DNA of 61,480 bases from Rhodothermales bacterium (GTDB lineage Bacteria > Bacteroidota > Rhodothermia > Rhodothermales > JANQRZ01), in the NCBI GenBank assembly GCA_038232935.1, contig JBBSMX010000005.1:1-61480 (forward strand), in the 5' to 3' direction. The notes under the pieces were generated by a model. It had not been told where the DNA came from. It did no database searches and was given only the letters and a program-made list of their open reading frames with translations. Numbering within the stretch: the first letter of the stretch is position 1; each line of letters opens with the position of its first letter. Made by a program: the position numbers and the translations under genes. Positions 58,401 to 61,480 of the stretch are shown here, piece by piece.

Positions 58401-58499
58401 GAGCTTGCCGGTTTGCGCGAGCGCTGTCCCTGGAAACGCTACCAAGAGCAACAAAAGGACTCGCCACGGAAGCCCTTTCCTGACGGAGTGTCTGTTCAT
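55470..58499 (-). CDS. TonB-dependent receptor with carboxypeptidase-regulatory-like N-domain (non-SusC type)
   Basis: TGKLSGTVTDA..G.PLPGA, plug (IRG, IDG, A.YG...GGVV), beta-barrel and C-terminal Phe. Confidence 0.88.
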   Translation of the reverse strand: MNRHSVRKGLPWRVLLLLLVAFPGTALAQTGKLSGTVTDAADGSPLPGATVVLEGTQLGASTGADGYYVVVGVTPGSYTARVSFVGYTTQVIDIRVVSDITTNLDVELSTAVVEGGEVVVVAERPVVDANQTTSRSIVTGDEIERLPVTSLQDVISRTSNSYEGFIRGSRRYETRTVIDGIDVSDALNQIAPNGTGQSYSGLVYDNTNRANQTNPSLFNINPEGVEEVTVNTGATEARYGAASGGVVAVTLSEGRGPIRGSGSFRISPQINRPGPDSLGFYEDAAEYFTERDQRIANADPAAPLFTWTPDKYSSGDPEVDARASVGGSITDAWGFYFTGQWFQTHGYEPNEFRRRLNGQLKTTYEISKNTRLSAIGIVEDRGLWGNWNNTSYNDFWRFYLEGVAQNDGGSYLGSLKLTQILSPTSFLDVQAYRTYQRSRYGYVDDDGNGFTDVGENGDFIDFTDPFNIAKYIGTGTDKSKMFYENISDGFSDTGIVLPAGNRYKAARPQPYSEDARQATNGFKVDYSNQLTRNHYLQTGTELKLYGFDYQQVYGLDQTGSKLNGALEPFQLQDWERNPWNLALYASDRMEYAGLIVNLGLRAEFANRDMEKIVDFFHPFVRDTVQAGIVYQSVTDESGNVTVVPMLDENGNEIPRLLARNNFERGDKVGTDVFLNPSIGVSHPIGETAAMYFSYARTQQLVPFTTLYQFYDGNSSNNIFFTYQDPERAPITSNNYELGVQWEFSPGWGLDANAYMRSIENYGQANLQATNRNREGEQTLVGNTHTFATSAGYADVRGIELVLRRNPLELAKDFRLGLTASYTFSSVEQANFAGANTTLFTDTTAAGTMTTLPFGNAEDFRNYPQQVRGGNSVLTGGYDRTHRFVLRSVALLPYEFSAGLTGNLESGFLYPKVIGADDRDRQLLTGPTNYQIDLRLEKRFTFAGRYGVDAYVDVTNLTNRQNIVAYENFTTDGPRIFEETGEPGQRLILKDGTALYGPARNVYFGTRLRF

Positions 58500-58788
58500 G
58501 ATGATGCCTCGGCTCAGTTAATGCAAACAAGGTGGGTGACGACGCGGAGGACGAACAAGGTGCTACTGCCGCGTGTCCTTGCTGGGTGCTGGCCCGAAAC
58601 GTCTCCGAAAGCGTATCGCGTTGCGCGCTTCAGCATCGGGTTTCGAGTCGAACGGGTCTGTGGGGGTGGGGTCTGGTCTAGATGATGCGAGTACTCGGTA
58701 TCACACGCTGCTGGCCTTAGGGGACTAAGCCCCGAGCGCCAGGGGAGAGTCGTCGTTCGGATCGCTTTCATGGCGGTGGGCGGGGGTT

Positions 58789-59580
58789 CTAGGCGGCGGC
58801 GAGTTTGGGCAGCTCTTTGCCGCCCAGTTCGCGGGAGAGCGACCGGGCGGCGGACCGCACGGCAGCCCCTACCTCTTCAATCTGCTCCTGGCCTTCTACC
58901 TGCGACGACAACATGGCTACCGTCAGGGCCGCACACGGGCGCTGCCGGTGATCCAGCACGGGAGCCGCTACACACAGCAGTTCGCGGTTGTATTCGCCGT
59001 CAATGACGGCGAACTCCCTGCGCCGTGCCTCGGCCAGACGCTTCTTCAGCACACTGCGGTCCGTAACCGTGGCATCGTTGAAGGCCTCCATTCCGTGCTC
59101 GTTGAGGATGGCATCGACTTCTTCGGCGGGGAGCCAGGCCAGCAGCGCCACCCCGGTCGCCGTACAGTGAGCGGGGACGCGCGCCTGCAGCTTCTTGACG
59201 ACGGTGATGGACTTCGGGCTCTCCATCCGCCGCAGGTAGACCACTTCCCCGTCTTCTAGCTTGCTCAAAAAGACCGTCTCCTCGCACTCGTCCGCCAGCG
59301 CCTCCATGTAGCTGGAGGAGGCCCGAAACAGATCGGTCTGGTCGGCGAAGCTGTTGCCGAGTTCCCAGAGGTACGACCCAAGGCGAAAGGCTCCCCCATC
59401 CGGGTCGGGCACCACTGCATGGTGCTTCTGCAGTGTGACCAGGATTCGGAAGAGCGTGCTTTTGGGGATGCCGGAAACGCGAGCCAGCTCGGCTAGCGTC
59501 AGGCCACGCCGTTCACGAGCGAGGAGCCCTAGCACTTGGAAGGCCCGGTCGAGTGAGGGGATGACATAGCGATCGTTCAT
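58789..59580 (-). CDS. IclR family transcriptional regulator
   Basis: SLDRA..VL..L, HTH (LTLAELA..SGIPKSTLFRIL.TL), ETV.L, PAHCTATG and CVAAPV motifs. Confidence 0.93.
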   Translation of the reverse strand: MNDRYVIPSLDRAFQVLGLLARERRGLTLAELARVSGIPKSTLFRILVTLQKHHAVVPDPDGGAFRLGSYLWELGNSFADQTDLFRASSSYMEALADECEETVFLSKLEDGEVVYLRRMESPKSITVVKKLQARVPAHCTATGVALLAWLPAEEVDAILNEHGMEAFNDATVTDRSVLKKRLAEARRREFAVIDGEYNRELLCVAAPVLDHRQRPCAALTVAMLSSQVEGQEQIEEVGAAVRSAARSLSRELGGKELPKLAAA

Positions 59581-59620
59581 TTCTTATTTGAAACGTCGTT
59601 TTGCTTGATACACGATTTAC
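59579..59620. promoter_or_regulatory. Candidate IclR autoregulatory operator(s)
   Basis: ATTTCT-TATT-TGAAAC-GTC-GTTTTG followed by TGATAC-ACG-ATTTAC, between the putative -10 and the IclR start. Confidence 0.5.
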
Positions 59621-59642
59621 GGAGTATCTCCCACAATGTCAA
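59614..59642 (-). promoter_or_regulatory. Sigma70-like promoter for IclR and the long minus-strand run
   Basis: Exact TTGACA (59642-59637), 17-bp spacer, weak -10 TAAATC. Confidence 0.45.
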
Positions 59643-59709
59643 GGAGCGACTAACACTTTGTATGCAGAATCCGTGCTGGCTCCCATTTCGAAGGTGGCGA
59701 AATCCGCTT

Positions 59710-59734
59710 GTTCCATATAATAAACTGCATTTGT
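59710..59734 (+). promoter_or_regulatory. -10 box (TATAAT) overlapped by operator-like motif
   Basis: TATAAT at 59716-59721 within GTTCCA-TATA-ATAAAC-TGC-ATTTGT. Confidence 0.4.
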
Positions 59735-59800
59735 TATTCAAACTACCTATACTGCCGGCCGGCTGCTTTTTTTCCTTCGCGCGCTCCTTTTCCTCTGCCC

Positions 59801-61480
59801 ATGCCCGCCCTTCTCCGTGCCGTGCACGCCGTGAGCTACCCCAGCACCGGCCACCCCGTCACCGCCACCGTTGCGTCCCTTCTTCAACGGAAAGCGAGGA
59901 TTCCCACCGCCTCGGCCCCGACGAAGTCACCTTCCGGGTTGCGCCTCGACGTGGCCGGTGGCCCCTGGTACGATGCAGCGGACCTCCCGTCCGACCTCCC
60001 GTCCGCATGGATGTGGGCGCGCGTATCCGAGGACGGCAACGGCAACCTCTACGCATCGCAACCCGCCTTCCTGTACGCGCTGGTCCACCTCCTGACGGAG
60101 GGAGCCCTGGATATCTCCCCCGCCGATCTGGCCGACGGCCTCCTCATCGAGCCCTCGTTCGCCTTTCACCGGCCACTCTACGACCAGGTGCTCACGCAGG
60201 TCGCCCGCACGACGCGCGGCTTCGACGCCGAGGTCTACGTCGAGCGCCTCGCCCGAAGCGGCTTCACGCACGTCGAAGTCAACGGGCTCGCGTTCCACAT
60301 CCCGTTCGAGCCGGGCGTCCCGACGGAGTACTACAACCAGTTCTACACGTATTGCCCCGGTCTGAATCACTTCGTCGACTCCCCGTTGACGCGGGGGATC
60401 TACCCGGCCGAGTACCTGCAGGCCAACCTGAATCGGGTGAAGAAGACCGCCGCGCTCGGCCGGAAGTATGGGCTCAAACCCGGCCTACTCTGCTTCGAGC
60501 CACGCAGCCTGCCGGAGCACTTCTTCCAGCGCTACCCCATGCTCCGCGGCGCGCGCATCGACCACCCGTTCCGCTCGCACCACCCCCGCTACACGCTCGC
60601 GCAGGATCACCCGGTGTCGCGCACGCACTACGCCGACCTCATGCGCGCCATGATGGAGGCAGTACCCGACCTCGACTACCTCTCCGTGTGGAGCAACGAC
60701 AGCGGGGCAGGATTCGAGCACACGTCGTCGCTCTACGTCGGGCGCAACGGCGGGCCGTACATGATCCGCGAGTGGCGCGAGCACGACCAGATCGCCGAGA
60801 CCGCCGGGCAGGGCGTGCTGCGGTGGCTACGGCTGATGCAGGAGGCCGCCGCCGAGACCAACCCCGACTTCGAGGTGCTCCTCCGCGTCGAGCCGTTCAA
60901 GGTGGAGCACGAGACGCTGCTCGCGGGGATGGGCGACGGGCTGAGCATCGAGGCCCCGTCGCTCCTCGTGCGGGGCTACGACCTGCCCTATCACCACCCC
61001 GAGTATCCGGAGCAAGTCAGCGCGGCGGGTTCGATCTACCACCTCGCGATGGACGAAAGCGAAGCCGATCTGCTCGACGAGCACCGCGCGCAGGGATTCG
61101 AGCCGCGCATCCACTACGCGGCGGGGGCGGGCTTCAACCTGGAGCCCTTGATGGGTGTCCCCTTTCCTCGCATGCTCCACGCCAAGCTGAGCGCGCTCCG
61201 CACGACGGGCTTCCGGGCGGCGAGTGCCATCGGCGGGCTGATGAACGTGGGGCAGACGCCGTACTGGCCCAACCCCGAGATCATCCGGGCTGTTCAGTTC
61301 ACCCCCGATGTGCCCGTGGACGACGTGCTGCGCCGCTTGGCCCGGCAGTGGGCCGGCGACGAGCAGGCCGACGCCCTCGTCGAAGCGTGGGATGCGGTCG
61401 AAGAGGGGCTCCGCTTCATGCCCATCGTCCCGCTCTACAGCAACCTCGGCTTCGTGTGGTACCGGGCGTGGGTCCGCCCC
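59801..61480 (+). CDS. Large hypothetical protein, 3'-truncated, possibly TIM-barrel glycoside hydrolase-like (absent from ORF track)
   Basis: Manual translation from ATG 59801 appears open to the window end with GC3-rich codons: MPALLRAVHAV...RSGFTHVEVNGL...FEPRSLPE..F..YP.LRGARIDHP...WSNDSGAGF; divergent from IclR. Confidence 0.7.
   Translation, partial: MPALLRAVHAVSYPSTGHPVTATVASLLQRKARIPTASAPTKSPSGLRLDVAGGPWYDAADLPSDLPSAWMWARVSEDGNGNLYASQPAFLYALVHLLTEGALDISPADLADGLLIEPSFAFHRPLYDQVLTQVARTTRGFDAEVYVERLARSGFTHVEVNGLAFHIPFEPGVPTEYYNQFYTYCPGLNHFVDSPLTRGIYPAEYLQANLNRVKKTAALGRKYGLKPGLLCFEPRSLPEHFFQRYPMLRGARIDHPFRSHHPRYTLAQDHPVSRTHYADLMRAMMEAVPDLDYLSVWSNDSGAGFEHTSSLYVGRNGGPYMIREWREHDQIAETAGQGVLRWLRLMQEAAAETNPDFEVLLRVEPFKVEHETLLAGMGDGLSIEAPSLLVRGYDLPYHHPEYPEQVSAAGSIYHLAMDESEADLLDEHRAQGFEPRIHYAAGAGFNLEPLMGVPFPRMLHAKLSALRTTGFRAASAIGGLMNVGQTPYWPNPEIIRAVQFTPDVPVDDVLRRLARQWAGDEQADALVEAWDAVEEGLRFMPIVPLYSNLGFVWYRAWVRP

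Noticed and set aside
58514..58771. 85-aa ORF or possible ncRNA between IclR and the TonB receptor, with short repeat AACAAGGTG twice
   Set aside because: Atypical codon usage, no motif, and no recognisable riboswitch fold; cannot be supported without an Rfam search.
1..61480. CRISPR arrays, tRNA/rRNA, transposases, integrases, defence systems
   Set aside because: No regularly spaced repeats or diagnostic motifs seen; repeated DNA is explained by paralogs and Asp-box repeats.

Overview
High-GC bacterial DNA, most consistent with an FCB-group organism such as Rhodothermota (inferred from a PorV-like barrel and a T9SS-type C-terminal domain). The whole window is one carbohydrate-utilisation super-locus. 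The left part holds monosaccharide catabolism: a xylose isomerase-like gene, an internally deleted xylulokinase, KdgK/Eda, and rhamnose genes rhaI-rhaB-rhaEW coupled to lutABC. The middle is a + strand block of mostly unclassified glycan-active proteins (GxGYxYP protein, two Tat-exported GH42-like paralogs, a six-hairpin enzyme) interrupted by an antisense beta-propeller lipoprotein. The right part is a ~37 kb co-directional minus-strand run. It starts at an IclR regulator and continues through a SusD-free TonB receptor/T9SS-CTD protein/PorV-like triad, a sugar ABC transporter with an embedded Tat-exported PLP enzyme, GH38, GH88, and duplicated lyase-like and BNR proteins. It also carries two Gfo/Idh/MocA + TIM-barrel pairs, two PhyH dioxygenases, a Rieske oxygenase, a MetE catalytic-domain protein and an M1 peptidase. 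Best candidates for new biology are the SusD-free uptake triad, an oxygenase/MetE-like module that may demethylate sugars, a putative new lyase family, and a palindromic element inserted in-frame in a signal peptide. No rRNA, tRNA, CRISPR array or transposase was seen. All assignments are from motif recognition by eye; no searches were run.
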